From: Entomortierella parvispora E1425
Lineage: Eukaryota > Fungi > Mortierellomycota
Length of the DNA: 64,000 bases
Assembly (NCBI GenBank): GCA_020891255.1
Contig: BQFW01000015.1
Coordinates: 248,001 to 312,000 of the forward strand
Reading direction: 5' to 3'
The notes under the pieces are model-generated. The model was not told where the DNA came from and did not search any database. It worked only from the letters and a program-made list of their open reading frames with translations. Positions 23,773 through 36,707 of this stretch are shown piece by piece. A program made the position numbers and the translations under genes. Each line of letters starts with the position of its first letter. Position 1 is the first letter of the stretch.

Positions 23773-24976
23773 CTAGGTTGAAGCCGTTGGGAAGCTGGAA
23801 GTTGGCGGTTCTTGGTCGAAATGATTCCTCCGCATCATTCCCGACACCTGGTCAAACACCACAAGCAACAGACCACCGCCAGGGCCAAGGCGAGCCAATT
23901 TAGGCGCCAATCTATTATTTACACGAGAGAGGAAGGGATGGAAAGTAAGAACAGTTGGCCATAAAAACTGTAGAATTCAGACAAGCAAGTGTCCTTACCC
24001 CTTGTATAAAGCGCGGAATCTGTGAAAAGGGAGAATAGAACGCGTGCGTTAGAAGGACTGAGAAGTACTCGCTGATCCAAATTTTCCTTTTTATGGGGGG
24101 CCTTTGCACCTCTTACCCTTCTTCCCGATAAAGTGTCGCGATACTTGACAGAGCCCATCCATATTTCTTGACACCTGGCCCCTGAACCTGGATGCGACTT
24201 TTCACGACATCAAATGGGTTATTGGCCAATGTTCCCAAGGTGCCTCCGATCGTCCCTGCAATAAAAGTTCGTAACATGGTCTCGTTCTTTGTGGTGTTAT
24301 GCCTTTGCGGGAATGCTGTCCTGAACGAGTTGATGGTCATGAAGTACCAGCCCGACCACGTCGCATGTCTCCATATTGTTGCTTCCAATCCATGGAAAAG
24401 TGTCCAGATGCCCTCCTGTGATATAGTTTTACGTAGGCAGTCAAATGTGCCACTGTAATAAATTTGTGAATTCCGGTTCTGGAGACGGACTTTGAGCAGA
24501 TCGAACGGCGTTACCAGAAACGCTTCCGTGGCGCCGGCAATGGAGCCGACAAATCCAGCTTGCAGAGCTGTGAAACGGTCGAGAGAAAAGAGTTTTTTGA
24601 GTGCAAAGCCCCATTGCTCGTTAGCACCGAATTTGATGGCACGTCTAGGAGCCTCGACCAGCATCGGGGGCAGTATTCCGCGATAGAGGCCAGTAGCGCC
24701 TTCGTTCTGGACGATCTTGCGAAGACAGTCGATCATGGATGTGTAGTTGGAACTGGAAGCAGCTGTCGAAGTGGTGGCGGCGGTGGTGGTGGCGGTGGCT
24801 GCAGATCGAAGGGTAGAAGCGGGGGACTTTGGAGGGTTGACTTGAAGCTGGAATCGAGTCTTGACAAGGTCCAAAGGGTAGAGACATGCCAGCTCAGTCA
24901 TGCCAGCAATGGCACCCGCTAGCGACTGGTAAACGAATGGCAGTGGAGTTGGTGCTGTTTTTGTTTGACTGGACAT
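23773..24976 (-). CDS. ODC1: Mitochondrial 2-oxodicarboxylate carrier (Odc1/2-like)
   Basis: Three PX(D/E)XX(K/R) carrier signatures (YPLDLVKTR, TPFDLLKVR, NPFDVVKSR), EAPRRAIKF and LAPKLARLGPGGGLLLVVF. Exons 24976-24117, 24019-23999 (21-nt micro-exon) and approx. 23911-23773. Confidence 0.88.
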
Positions 24977-25423
24977 GGCAGGGAGGCTTGCTGTAAGATG
25001 CAGTGGAATGGGGAATGAAAAAGACGCTTTAAATGCATGCAAGCAAGCATGCAATCGTGACTGTGACGACAGACTGACGGAGGACTGAGAGAGAACAGAG
25101 AGAGAACAGAGAGAGAGACAGTCAGACATTGCAGGCAGAGAACGACGCGCGCGTCGCCCGAGCGAGTCGGGTGTCGCACCCAAGCGAAGGAAGCCAAGGC
25201 AGCGCAAGCATCCATCCACACCGCAATACATGTACAGTACATACACCAAAAAGAGAGCGAGTGCAAGGACCCTTTTCGCTCTGTCTGTTCCCTGTCTGTT
25301 CCCTGTCTGTTCCCTGTCCACGGCACTTGTTCACTCGACTCATTCCACTCATCACAGAGAACACTCCTTTCCTTCCATGACTGCACCTTGACTGGAGTGG
25401 CATCACCTTCGTTCTTGTGTGCT

Positions 25424-25483
25424 CATCCATCCATCCATCCATCCATCCATCCATCCATCCATCCATCCATCCATCCATCCATC
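25424..25483. repeat. (CATC)15 microsatellite
   Basis: Direct reading. An 11-bp repeat CTGTTCCCTGT (3-4 units) lies nearby at about 25284-25317. Confidence 0.95.
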
Positions 25484-25966
25484 AGTTACTCCCGACCCCT
25501 GCTTCTCGTCTCCCCTCGGTGACCGTTGCACCGTCCCGGACCAGCAGACTTCTTCCTGCAGCCAACTCCACCTAGCGAGCCAACCAACCAGGCAAAACCA
25601 AGGGTACGGTCACTTTTCCCTAAATGCATGTTTCGTGGAATCACCCATGCAACCATGTATGTACCCTCAGTCTACATAATTGACTAACTCTGGTCCCTCC
25701 CTTCTCTTCTCTCCTTCCATGTACTGTACACGTTGTGGCGCGCGCCTCTTTCTCTCTTTCTCTCTCTCTCTTTCTATTGCTATCCCTCATTCATTCGTTC
25801 CTTCTTTCTTGTCGTGCATCCGCTCCACAAACACGTTCGTTCATTGCTCACCCCCTTCTCTCCAACATCAAACAGAAACACCCCATCACTCCTGAACGAC
25901 CCGCCTCTTTTTGCCACTCTTTGTGTTTTCCATTCTCTCTTACATACTGCGTCGCCTTGACTGCCC

Positions 25967-28900
25967 ATGGCCGTTACCCCCACAGACACGGCCCCCTCCG
26001 GGCCTTCTCCCGCGATGCCTCCCTCTCCCCATGACGCGCGGCCTTCCTTCAGTCGAAGTAGGAGTCAGCAAACCCTCGTTGATCCCTCTCGCAGCTATAG
26101 CTCTGTTCGCCCCCCTGCACGGCCGCTGCTCGGCTTGAACATCGATCATGCTTTGGATATCCGGCGCTCACCAGTCTCCACCCCGACTTCTGGTACCCTG
26201 TCCACTCCTTCCTCGGCCCATGGATCGACCACAGGGCTGACCACGTCTGCGTTTGCCACGATGCAAAAAGTCTACCACGCCAAAGACGATATTGGCTTTT
26301 GGTCATCCCTTTATTCTCAGCACTTTATCCACACTCGGCAAGATGCCACCTCACTTCAGATCCCAACGTCGCTTGTGGGAGGAAGCAATGGCAGCAGAAC
26401 CAGCAGCAGCAGAGACAGCGCCTCCAATGACTCGAGCTCAAACACCGACAGCATAGACTCTCAAGGAGTAATCAAAGTGTGGCAGGTCCTCACCAAGACT
26501 CACTCCCTGCCCAGCAAGATCCAGGGCTTTGACCGAGACAGCCAACCCTTGTCCTGGCATCAACAACAACCGCAACAACAAAAGCCCACTCCACAGTTTG
26601 AGCGCTTGCCCATCAAGGTGCAGACAGCATCCAAGGGTCTTTCAACCAGTGGTCAACCCTTCTCAATCGTCTTTTTCTTCACAGTCGAAGCAGCGCCAAC
26701 CACACTGTGGTATGTCGAGTCAGCCTTTACACGATCGTCTACTACGCATGAACACCTTGAGCTCATGGGCACTTTCCAGCCCAACAACCCCACAGACCCA
26801 ACCTCCTTTTACATTTATGAAACGCACGAATTCACAACTGTGCAACCAACACACGAGGACACAACGCTGGACATCCTTGTTCAGAGTCCAACTGGTGCCA
26901 TATATGCCGAGTTTTCGTACACGTTCGTCAATGAGTCCAAGCACGGGTCAACCTCAAGTGTTTCTTCGATCGTCTCGCATCAGTCGAGAGCACAGAGCAA
27001 TTGTAACAACGGGGGTGCTGCCGTTACCCAACGTGAGAGCATAGAGCACGTCCCTCCACCCTTAGCCCCGAGACCCACAAAACATCATTCAGAAACGGTT
27101 CATTCTCCACTGGATAGCTTCGACTTGATTGACGTTGAAAGCTCAGACGCCTTAGGCTACTTTCCAACCGCTTCATCATCTGCACAGCAATATTTACCCT
27201 CACAAAAGCCGCAGGACCCACAGCAAGAACATCAGACTACGGTTGTGCATGAGGATTCTATGAACAGCCCCTCGATTTCGGCCAAAGATGATGCGACCAT
27301 AAGCAGATCGACTACACGGACGTCCATGCCGACGGCGACACAGTCACCATTTGAGGATGAATACGGGGAGTATGAGGAGGATGTAGAGGAGCTCACTGCA
27401 GAAAGCTACACAGAAGAGCCTGACGCGGGGGAACATTTCATGCAGGCAACCTCCGAGTTTTTCTCAAAGATGGGGTAAGAAACAATGACCAAAATGCCTT
27501 GCGGAACAGACTCTTCCACCCAGGGTGTGCTCAGAGTCGAAATGAAGGTCCATGCGTCCCGTCTAAAGGCGGCTCAAAGATGATTGATTGTTTCATTATC
27601 GCAATTTAGATATTGGTTGTACAACTCGCGCGTGGGACAATACATTGCAAGGGACGACAAAATCAGGACGAGGACCGTGTTCCCGACGGACGACATTTGG
27701 GTCCTTGGAGTCCACTACGAGTTCGACAGTAAGAGTGTCTTTGACTGGTTTTTGTCTCTATGCCCTCTTCCAGGAACCACTGCTGATGATTGCACACACA
27801 TCCATTTCCAATAGCATCGGAACCCACTGTTTCGCCACCAGAGATCACGCGGTCCAGAAAAACATCGGCTCTGCAAGCGCACGCTGGAATTGGTCGACCC
27901 CCTGGATCCAAAACTAGCTCAATCGTTGGAGCTGGGCCAGGACAAGAAACGACGCGGGATGGCAAGCGTCCTACAGACCGTCGAAAACCCCATATATCCT
28001 CGCCTCGATCCATGACAGACTCGGAAACCTTTCCATCCAGTCAAAAGTCGGATCAAGGACGATCCAGAAGCAAGGAGCGCCACTTGGAGAAGCAACGTGA
28101 GAAGGAGTTGGCCAAAGCTAGGAAAATCGCAAAGGCTCACGAGCGGGAGGCGGGGAAGGAGCTGGAGCGAGAGCAGAAAGCTAGGGCAAAGGAGCATGAA
28201 AAGCTCGAGAAACTCAAGCTGAAGATCTCTCACCCTCATTTTCAAAAGGAGAGCAAAGGTCATGAAAGCAAGGACAATGGGCATTTTCAACCTGAATCCG
28301 AGAGGAAATCCCACTCGATCCACGGTTACCAGTTCGATGCCCATCCCCCTTCCATTGACTTTGGATTGAGCGGCCAAGAACACCCAGAGTCGAAACAAAG
28401 CGTCGTTCGACGGATGCGATCGATTTCCATTCTACAGAAAGTACCGAGCACATTGGACCTCAGGCTCACCAAAAAGCAAAATCAGGAGCCCACACGGATC
28501 CTGCCAGAGCGCACTCATCAGTCTCGGTCGCAATCCATCTCCAGTTTTTCAGTTTTCTCGCATCGATCTGGAGCCTCTTCCTCGGTCTCGAGTCACAGCC
28601 AAGAAGTACCCAAGACACGACCTACTTCTCCGCCGATCCCATCTTCTTTAAAAACATCCATAAGCGCTCATGAAGCGCTTTCTAGCGCGTCAGCACCTTC
28701 TGGACAGCCACAGGTGGCTCAACCCAACTTTAACCAGAAACAGAACTTTAACCAGAAACAGCTGCCCGAACTTCCTTCCGCGGACAGTTCTCCTGATATA
28801 CCCCTTTATAACCAACAGGAGAGTGCCCAGCCAGAAAAAAGTGCAGTATCCGATATCTCAGTGGCAGGAGAAAGGCCGTCAAAGAGGCGAATGACAGTCT

Positions 28901-31900
28901 CGGTCATGTTTTCTAAGGAGCCCAAACCCGAATCGAGCAGTAGTCTTGCATCGTTGAAAACTCTGATAACTCCAAACAAAGGCCAGAGCAAAACCAAAGA
29001 CTCTGGACTGGTCCAGGCATTGTCCCAAAAGGTGTCATTCATCTCTTCGAAGGATACTTCAAAGAAAGGCGTCACCAAGAATGTCCAGCACTGGCTTGAG
29101 CGACGGCTTTCCTCCAATAACCTTCACCAACAAGTCTTTGTTGCCTCGACAGACGAACCTGTCCCGCAAGTGTCCAAGGATATTCTGAGCTCCCCACCCA
29201 GGAGCCCGCTCTCTCCGAGTGCGTATAGGACATTTGACAGACAGGGATTCGAACAGGAGACAGACCCCTATGGTCGGAAACAGGTCAAATCTGAGAAGAG
29301 GTCGTCGCTTCTTCCACCTTCATCTACATCATCCCCAAAATCGGTGCTGAAGGCAAGCTCACCCCTCTCATCGACTTCACCCAGCTTTTCTGAATCAAGG
29401 GGACGACCGTCATCACCTCTCGGGATTTCTGGCCTGGATGACATTGGTGAAGCAGAGACAATTCCAGCATTTCCTCGGTTTGGAGGGCCTGAGTCACATA
29501 CAGATGAAATGGTGAACTGGAGTAGCTTCTTGGGCCCCTCTCTTGGCTCGTCATTTGACCCGAAGCTCGAGCTACCGTCGTCTGTTCCTACAGCTGGCTC
29601 ACTGTCAAATACCTTACCGAAAATTGATTCGTCCACGACCAGACCCAGCGCCTCTCGAGACCTTTCGTCGTTTGCAGACCTCGTCATCCTTCCTCCGCTC
29701 CCTCCAGAGTCCCCGACTGAGGCATTTGTATTGTTGGACCAAGCAAAGAATGGATCTTCCACATCATTGGAGCGTAGCCCCGAAGACTCGGTTATGGTCC
29801 AGACGAAAGAGGATACTTTTGCGACCCAGAATCGACGCCTCAAGGATCAATTGGCTGCATTTTCCAGCTCCAAGGAGGAGAGTTTCTCGGACTTGCGGTC
29901 TGACTGGGAGGCACTTTGGCCAACCAAATCTTCAGTGCCTACGACTGATGCCAACAGAGAGCGTGCGAACGAATTTGTCCATGTCAAGGAGAAGGAGATT
30001 ACAAAGGCGAACGATCAGGATGAGGAGGAGAAGCAACGGCGAGAGCGGATCCGAAAGATTGGTAGTGCTTACCTGAAAGTGAGGACTCCCACATCGGACT
30101 TGACAGGAGGGTATCTCAATGTGGTCGACCCAAATCATACGCCCACCCGTCAATCTCCCGACATTATTTCACCAAGGCCGCAGCTATCGATCACACAGCG
30201 GAACGGCGGGCTCGGTGAGGCCTTGGCGATGGTCAGAACATCCTCTCCTGTACAGTCTCTGGAGTTGATGGGTGAAGGTCTGACGACAAGCCCTCCTTCT
30301 TCTCGGGAACCAACGTTGTTGTTACAGGTCATAACTGACCGCGAAAGCCAGCCATCGCCCATATCGCCATCGTTGTCAGTGGACAAGTCTTGGAGGCTCA
30401 TTTCTCCCAGATCCACATCGCCTAGGCACTCGCTACCTCCTCTGCCATCCTCCACAAGCTCTTTATCGCGCCCGGCTAGTGGTGTGAACTCTAGTCGAGA
30501 TTTTGCTGGAGAGGAGACTGTCCTGGACAGAGGCATGCGCCACGACAGTGCAATAACACGACCCCAGAGCGACGAGCTGTTGTCTATACCCAGTTTATCC
30601 CCAACTCACGCAACGTCGCCGCCACTACCGGAGAAACAGCCCGAGTCTCCTAGAAAGCCGTCTCCTAACCAGGTCACGCTTCAGAAGTTCATGTCGGATT
30701 ATCAATCCAGAGTCTGGTTCACGTATCGAAAGGACATGGCGAGAATCGAGCCCTCGTTTTATACCTCAGATGCTGGCTGGGGCTGCATGATGCGTACAGG
30801 ACAGAGTCTTTTAGCACAGGCCTTTTGTGCAATTGATGCTTGGTCGAGGTAAATCACCAAGCATGCTCTACAGAATCAATATTTCCGGTGAGGAGTTCTT
30901 TTTTAACTGGATTGCTCTATTTTTTTTCTTTACTATTCTTCTAGAGTGGCGATCTGATCTCAAGCAAAACAGAGTTGAACCACCAAAAGTACAAGACACT
31001 CTTGAGTTGGTTTGCGGATGAGCCGGAGCGGTACTATAGCATCCATAATATTGCGAAATCTGGATTGGCCCTGGACAAGCGTATCGGCGAGTGGTTTGGA
31101 CCTTCTACAGTGGCACATGCGCTCCGGTAAGATACGCTTTGTGCTTACAAGTGCTTTATTTCTTTTACAGATGTTAACCAATCCACAATATCTACATTTT
31201 TTCATTTAGTCGCCTGTCCCAGAAACATGTCAATTGTCCTGTCACGATTATGGTTCCCATGGACAATTGTCTCCGGATGTCGGAAATTGTTAGCGCTGCC
31301 TCTACAGCCCATGCTGGCAGTGGCACTCCTCCAGCGGAGTGGGGCGCTTTTGAGCCGCCGCCTGTGTCCGGTGGTAGCAATCACAGTTGCAGCAGCGGTC
31401 ACAGTCAAAGGACAAAATGGAAACCCGTCGTGCTATTGATGCCTGTCCGTTATGGACTCCGAAAAGCTGACGGAGCGATACATTGGAAACCTGAAGGAGC
31501 TGTTCAAACTGCCACAGTTCCTTGGTATTGCTGGAGGTCGACCAGGACGATCGCTTTACTTTGTTGCCTGTCAAGGTGAGTTCCATGCTGGGAATTTCCG
31601 AGCTAATCTCTTGTCTTTTTTTTTTTGGTCACCAGTTGTCTAACAAGTTTTAATTCTGTTGAAAATATTCCAAAGGCTCCGAGCTCTTTTATTTTGATCC
31701 TCATTTCGTCAAGCCTCGAGCAACTCATGAAGAGCTGAATCAATGTCCGGCTTCGGTAGGAGTGATATCTGTGGACCCTTCAAATTTCAATTACTAGTAG
31801 ACGACTCGACTTTCTCACCAAGGAGGGGTCCCTTGAATTGTTATAGAGCTATCATTGCCATTCTGTTCGGACAATGGAGATTGTAGAGTTGGACCCTTCC

Positions 31901-34900
31901 ATGATGCTCGGATTCTTGATCTCCTCGTTCATGGACATGGTGGATCTCTCGGACCGACTGAAGCAGAATATGGAAAAGGCGTACCCACTATTGACCCTGA
32001 TGGTGGATGTGCCCATCCCTGTTCCTGATCCTGTGCCAGTTCAGGTTCAAGTTCCTGTCCTCAACCCCTCTCCTTTGCCAATGCTTATTCCGATTTCCCC
32101 TATGGTCATCCCCTTGTCGATTCCTGGTAAGGTTCAGGCGCCTGCTCAGACGCCGCCCTCCTCTCTTGGTAGATCTCAGGCTTCCACAATCCGCGCTTCA
32201 GCCTCTTCTCCAGCATCGGTTGCGGTTCCAGTGTTTGAAGCTGCGCCTGTTAGTGTTTCAGCCCCTCGCTCTCGTGCCCGCACCCCAGTCCCCTCTCCAG
32301 CCCCGGTCGCTGTTCCAGTGTTTGATGCTGCACCTGTTTCCGCTCAGGCGGCTCGTGTTCGTGCCTTGGCTCCTTCTCCAACCCCGACTTCAGTCCCAGT
32401 GTTTGAAGCTACGGCTCAGGTCCACACAATAGCTCGAGCTCCTTCTCCCATTGCAGCTGTTACTGACGAAGGTAGCTCAGCCGCCAGGGTCCAGGCACCA
32501 ATTCCTTCCCCAGTTCCAGTCACTGCCTCAGTCTCTGAGACCAGTATGCCTGCGAATATTCTAGCAACCGATGCATTCAAGATTGACACCTTTTCAGCGG
32601 CTCCGGTTGCGGTCCCTACTTTTGAGATTATGGCTCCAACTCCAATGGCGAGCCCAGCCCCTGCTGTTCCAGTTGCGCGGTCGATCGACGAGGCTATTAC
32701 TGCTGCTGCCGCTTCTATTGTCATCCCAGCACCATGGGTGATGGAAACCCCAACTCGGACGACGGTGGCAGCAACTACGCCTACATTCCTTGATCTTGTC
32801 GGCCCTGCTCTGGTCCTGGATTCCACCCCAACAGAGGTCCCAGCAACTGTCCCCGCAGAGGAGTCGACTTCCGCCCCATTGGTTCCAGTGGTCGAGTCAA
32901 CTTTTGTCCAAGAGAACCTTCCAGTTTCTGACTTCGTAGAGGAAACAACGGCACCAATCGCATCGGAGCCAGTGGAAGAGCCATCTATCGACACGGAAGA
33001 AGAGCTGATCTTTGTCCCAATGGAGGAGACGACTTTTGTCCGTGCAGCCTTAGTGGAGGCGCCAATTGCATTTTCAGCGGAGGAGTTGACCCCCGCCCCA
33101 GTGGAGGCATCAGCTTATGTCCCATCGGAGCAGCCAGCTTTCTCCTCTGCAGAGGAGTCAGCCTCTCTCTTGGTTTTCGACTCTGCCCCTGTTTTGGTGT
33201 CCGAGGAGTCTACTCATCAAATGGAACGCGAGCAAGAGTATCAGGAAGAAGAAGCGCGCCTCTGCCAGCCTGACGAAGAAGTGCAACAGTCAGACGAAGA
33301 ACTGGAACAAAAGGACGAGCGAAAATTCGAACAGGGAGTCTGGCTGGGAGGTATCGTACCCGGTGATAAGACTGTCCTGGTGGTCGAAGCCAGGGCGTCC
33401 GTCAAAGTGCGACATGTGCAGGCCATCTTGGACGAGGATGACTCTGACTTTGACGAAGAACCTGTTGAGGAAAGCTTTTCGTACGCTATTCCCAGCGTGT
33501 CGGCGACCTCTGCAGAGGAAATTGTGAGCAGCAGCACCGCGGCCATTGATGAGGCTACTAGTATTGCACCCCATTCTGCCCCTCAGGCAGAGCCAGAATT
33601 GATGGCTCAGCTTCCGCAGCAGGCACAGTCTCTTTTGCAGGAGGACCAGGATTCGCCTCTGCAAGACTATCAGGATGCACTTCTACAAGAACGTCATGAT
33701 GCATCTATGGAAGAGAACCAGGATACGCCCCAGCAAGAGGAACAGATTGCACCTTTGCAAGACCAGGAGGAGCCGGAAGAGGAGAAAGCTCATCAAGCTT
33801 CCCCTCCGCAAGAGCATCTAGCTACCCTTCAGCAAGACCCAGAGCACGTCGAGGAGCAGGTTCATCAGGACTTGTACTTGCAAGAAGATCATATTGCAAT
33901 TCAGCTATGCCAGGAACAGGATTCGTCTTTGCAGGAAGAGCAGGTTACGCCCCAACTTGAACACGAGCAAGTGGAGGACCTTGAGCATCAGGAATTGCCC
34001 CTGCAGGAAGTTCAAACTGCCCCATTGCAAGACCAGGAACAACAAGCGGAAAACATTTGCCCCGATTCGCTCTTGCAAGAGCAGCATGTTGTCATTGAGC
34101 AGGAGCAAGCTCCAGAAGAGGAGCCTATACAGAAGGACTCGACTCTGCTAGAATCTCAGGCTGTGCATCGGCACGAACAAGATGTCGAGGAAGAGGACCA
34201 AGTGCACGAGGATTCTTCCCTACATGAGCAACAGAGTGTACCTCAGCTAGAGCAGGTGCAAGAGGATGATCCTATGCACGAGACTTTGTCGCTTCAAGAA
34301 CATCAGGTCGCAACTCAGCCTGAACAGGATCACTCCGAGGAGCTAGAGCAACAGGATTCGCCCCTTCCAGAGCAGCAAGTTGCATCTCAGCAAGAGCCAA
34401 TTCAAGAAGAGGTCCAGATGCATGCGAACTTCCCTCTTGAACACCAGTTCGCGCCTCAGTGTGAGCGTGATCAAGAAAAGGAGGAGGAGGCGCAAATGGA
34501 TTCACCTGTGCAAGAGCAGCAAACTGTACATCAGCAGGAGCAGGGGCTGGTTCAAAAGGAGAACACTGGGCACGAGGAGGCAAACTTGTCGCCCGACGTG
34601 ACCATGGACTCACCCATTGAATCGCCAGCACCATCAAACCCAACCGCGACCATCGTTCCTGCCAGTCCTCCAACCACAGAGCGCCCACGATCCAAGAAAG
34701 CGATGAAGCGGATCACCAAGGCCTTTAAAGAAGGAGAAGAAAAGCGCAAAAAAGGAAGAGCAGATGAAGCAACAGCAATTGCAACGGCAGCAACAGCAGG
34801 AGCAACAGCAACAGCAACAGTTGTTATTGCAACAGCAGCAAGAGCAACATCACCAGGCTCACCACCATCACAGCCTTTTCCATAGAAAGAACCACCGGCA

Positions 34901-35039
34901 ACAGTCGCAGCAGGACAAGGAGCAGCTGGAGTATGATCCTTATCGGTACAAGTACACAACTCACGAGGGAGACCATGTCCATGACCAGGAGACACTTTCG
35001 GTCAAGAGTCTGGACTCGGAGGACGACCTGGACTTTTGA
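25967..35039 (+). CDS. ATG4: Giant ATG4-family cysteine protease (Peptidase C54), about 2800 aa; four +1 homopolymer frameshifts in this sequence
   Basis: Exons start at 25967, 27610, 27815, approx. 30945, 31210, approx. 31676 and approx. 31849, with consistent splice phases once four +1 indels are removed. Motifs IWVLGVHY, SRVWFTYR, SDAGWGCMMR (catalytic Cys), GEWFGPS, KPVVLLMPVRYGL, GIAGGRPGRSLYF, YFDPH (Asp/His) and LDPSMMLGF. The polyQ C-terminus ends DSEDDLDF at 35039. Confidence 0.85.
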
Positions 35040-35209
35040 AAGGGAAATAGACCTACAACCAGAGAGACGTTTCGTTGGTCAATTCGTAGGAACCAACCCA
35101 AAAGCAGCTAAATAAAATCCTTTTGCCAGCCAACATTTAGATGGGCTACAATCACGACTTTGCTAATTCACATTTATTTCAACATCATTTTTTATTACTA
35201 CTCCTTGTT

Positions 35210-36050
35210 ACCATCCTTGTAGCCTGTTGAAGACCATGTCTGGTCGTAGGTGGTACCTGAGTTGATTTAGAACAAGATATCCGAAAATTTGCTCAAGTGG
35301 GAGGATTACAGAATTGGTCGGAGCGATGTTCTTGGCAGCCATCTTCACGTCATCGTTGTATTTCTCGACGAGATCATCCCACGTCAGGGACCCCACTTTG
35401 TCCTGACCTCGATCAGAACATTCACTTTGTCTGGAATTACCTATGTGCACATAATCTGGCTCGCCTTGCCACAGTCGCTCATGGAGTATGACACGAATTT
35501 GGACTCAGGGCGTAAAAGACGATTGAGCCAGCTGAAAACGTTGAATTGCAGAGCTGCAGAGAGAGTTTTTTTTTTTTTTTTTTTGTTCGAGACTTCTTCG
35601 TCGTCGTTGTCGATGCACCGAAGGTCGCTTTGATTGAAATTTTCGTTCCGTGGAGTGCTTTTTTTCGATTTCGAAAATCTTTCCATTCTTTGACAAGGGA
35701 AGGTGTCTGATGAGATCGAGACGCGGGAGGAGGTCTGTGGTCCCTATTCGCAAGGTCCACAATGTACCTGTAGCACTGTAACACAGTAGGGTTTCCCTGA
35801 CGCGCTTGACAATCCAAGTTTGTTCATAGGTCGTAAGTGCACCGTACCAAGTTCGGAGTCGATCAAGTATAAGATAGCCGTATATCTGTTCCAGTGGGAG
35901 AGGAACAGGGCTTGGTTGCCTTCACGCTTGACAAACCATGTCTGCTTGTTCGTAGTGCTTGAGTTGGTTAAGATAACCAAGGATTTGCTCTAGTGGGAGA
36001 AGGATGGGCCGTGAGAGGCTCGCAGGTCCATTTGAGGTTCGTCCATGGTC
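35210..36050 (-). pseudogene. Two tandem decayed Crinkler-type REase fragments
   Basis: Remnants ILLPLEQILGYL...QTWFVKREGN...TVLQCYRYIVDLANRDH (approx. 36030-35730) and VLIEVRTKW...DDLVEKYNDD...SVILPLEQIFGYLVLNQLRY (approx. 35720-35210), with stops and frameshifts. Confidence 0.7.
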
Positions 36051-36707
36051 ATCTTGTCTATAGCTTCTGGTATCGCTTGAAAATGGCTTTTTCGAACCTC
36101 TGGTGGGACACGTTTGGAGCCAGCTATGTAATTGTAGGTTCGCCTATCTGTTGAAATGTTCGCCTAGCGGATAACAGGTGAACGGCGTTCACGTCCTTCT
36201 TTAATCGGAGGAAGTGGGTCCTGTCAGCAACCGACGGGGCGACGTTTTGACTATGGAACTATGGATGGATTGAAAATCATCGGTAACCAGGTGACATTAC
36301 TGGAACCGGTCTTTAACCTATGGCCTTTGGCCCATTCGCCGTGGCCTTGAGTATAGGAGTGATGATTTCTAGAGTGGGTTGCAGAACTATGAAGAGAGTG
36401 TGAAGGGAAAAGAGAGGGAGCTGTGGTGAGAATGATATGTGGCATTTTCACCTCTGGATCCCAAAGTGCTGATGGGCTGTGATGTGGTAATTGTGCTGCA
36501 AAACGCCTTTATTTCCATCGAAACCTCATGTCGTCTTCTTTGTTTGGCTCAAAAATATCGCTATAAAACTTCTTGCCATCTGTACCCTCAGCTTTGCTTC
36601 TTCTCCCTTCCTCTCCTCTTCGTTATCCTCCACATTCCTTCTCAACTCTTCTGTACAAACAAACTCGTCTTCAGCTCCTTATAATTACATCCGCTTGTAC
36701 TTCCATC

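Noticed and set aside
24977-25478. Extensions and ORFs upstream of ODC ([13 protein letters not shown]..., MDGWMDGW...)
   Set aside because: Translations of 11-bp and CATC microsatellites.
30823-31460. Programmed frameshifting or a compensating GAG acceptor restoring ATG4
   Set aside because: An acceptor shifted by 2 nt would cancel the first two indels but destroys the conserved LGR(D/E)WR motif and leaves the other two. Sequencing error or pseudogenisation is simpler.
34754-34885. Ala/Thr-rich ATG4 C-terminus as given by ORF 31874-34885
   Set aside because: Synonymous-biased divergence from the paralog fragment supports the polyQ frame ending at 35039 instead.
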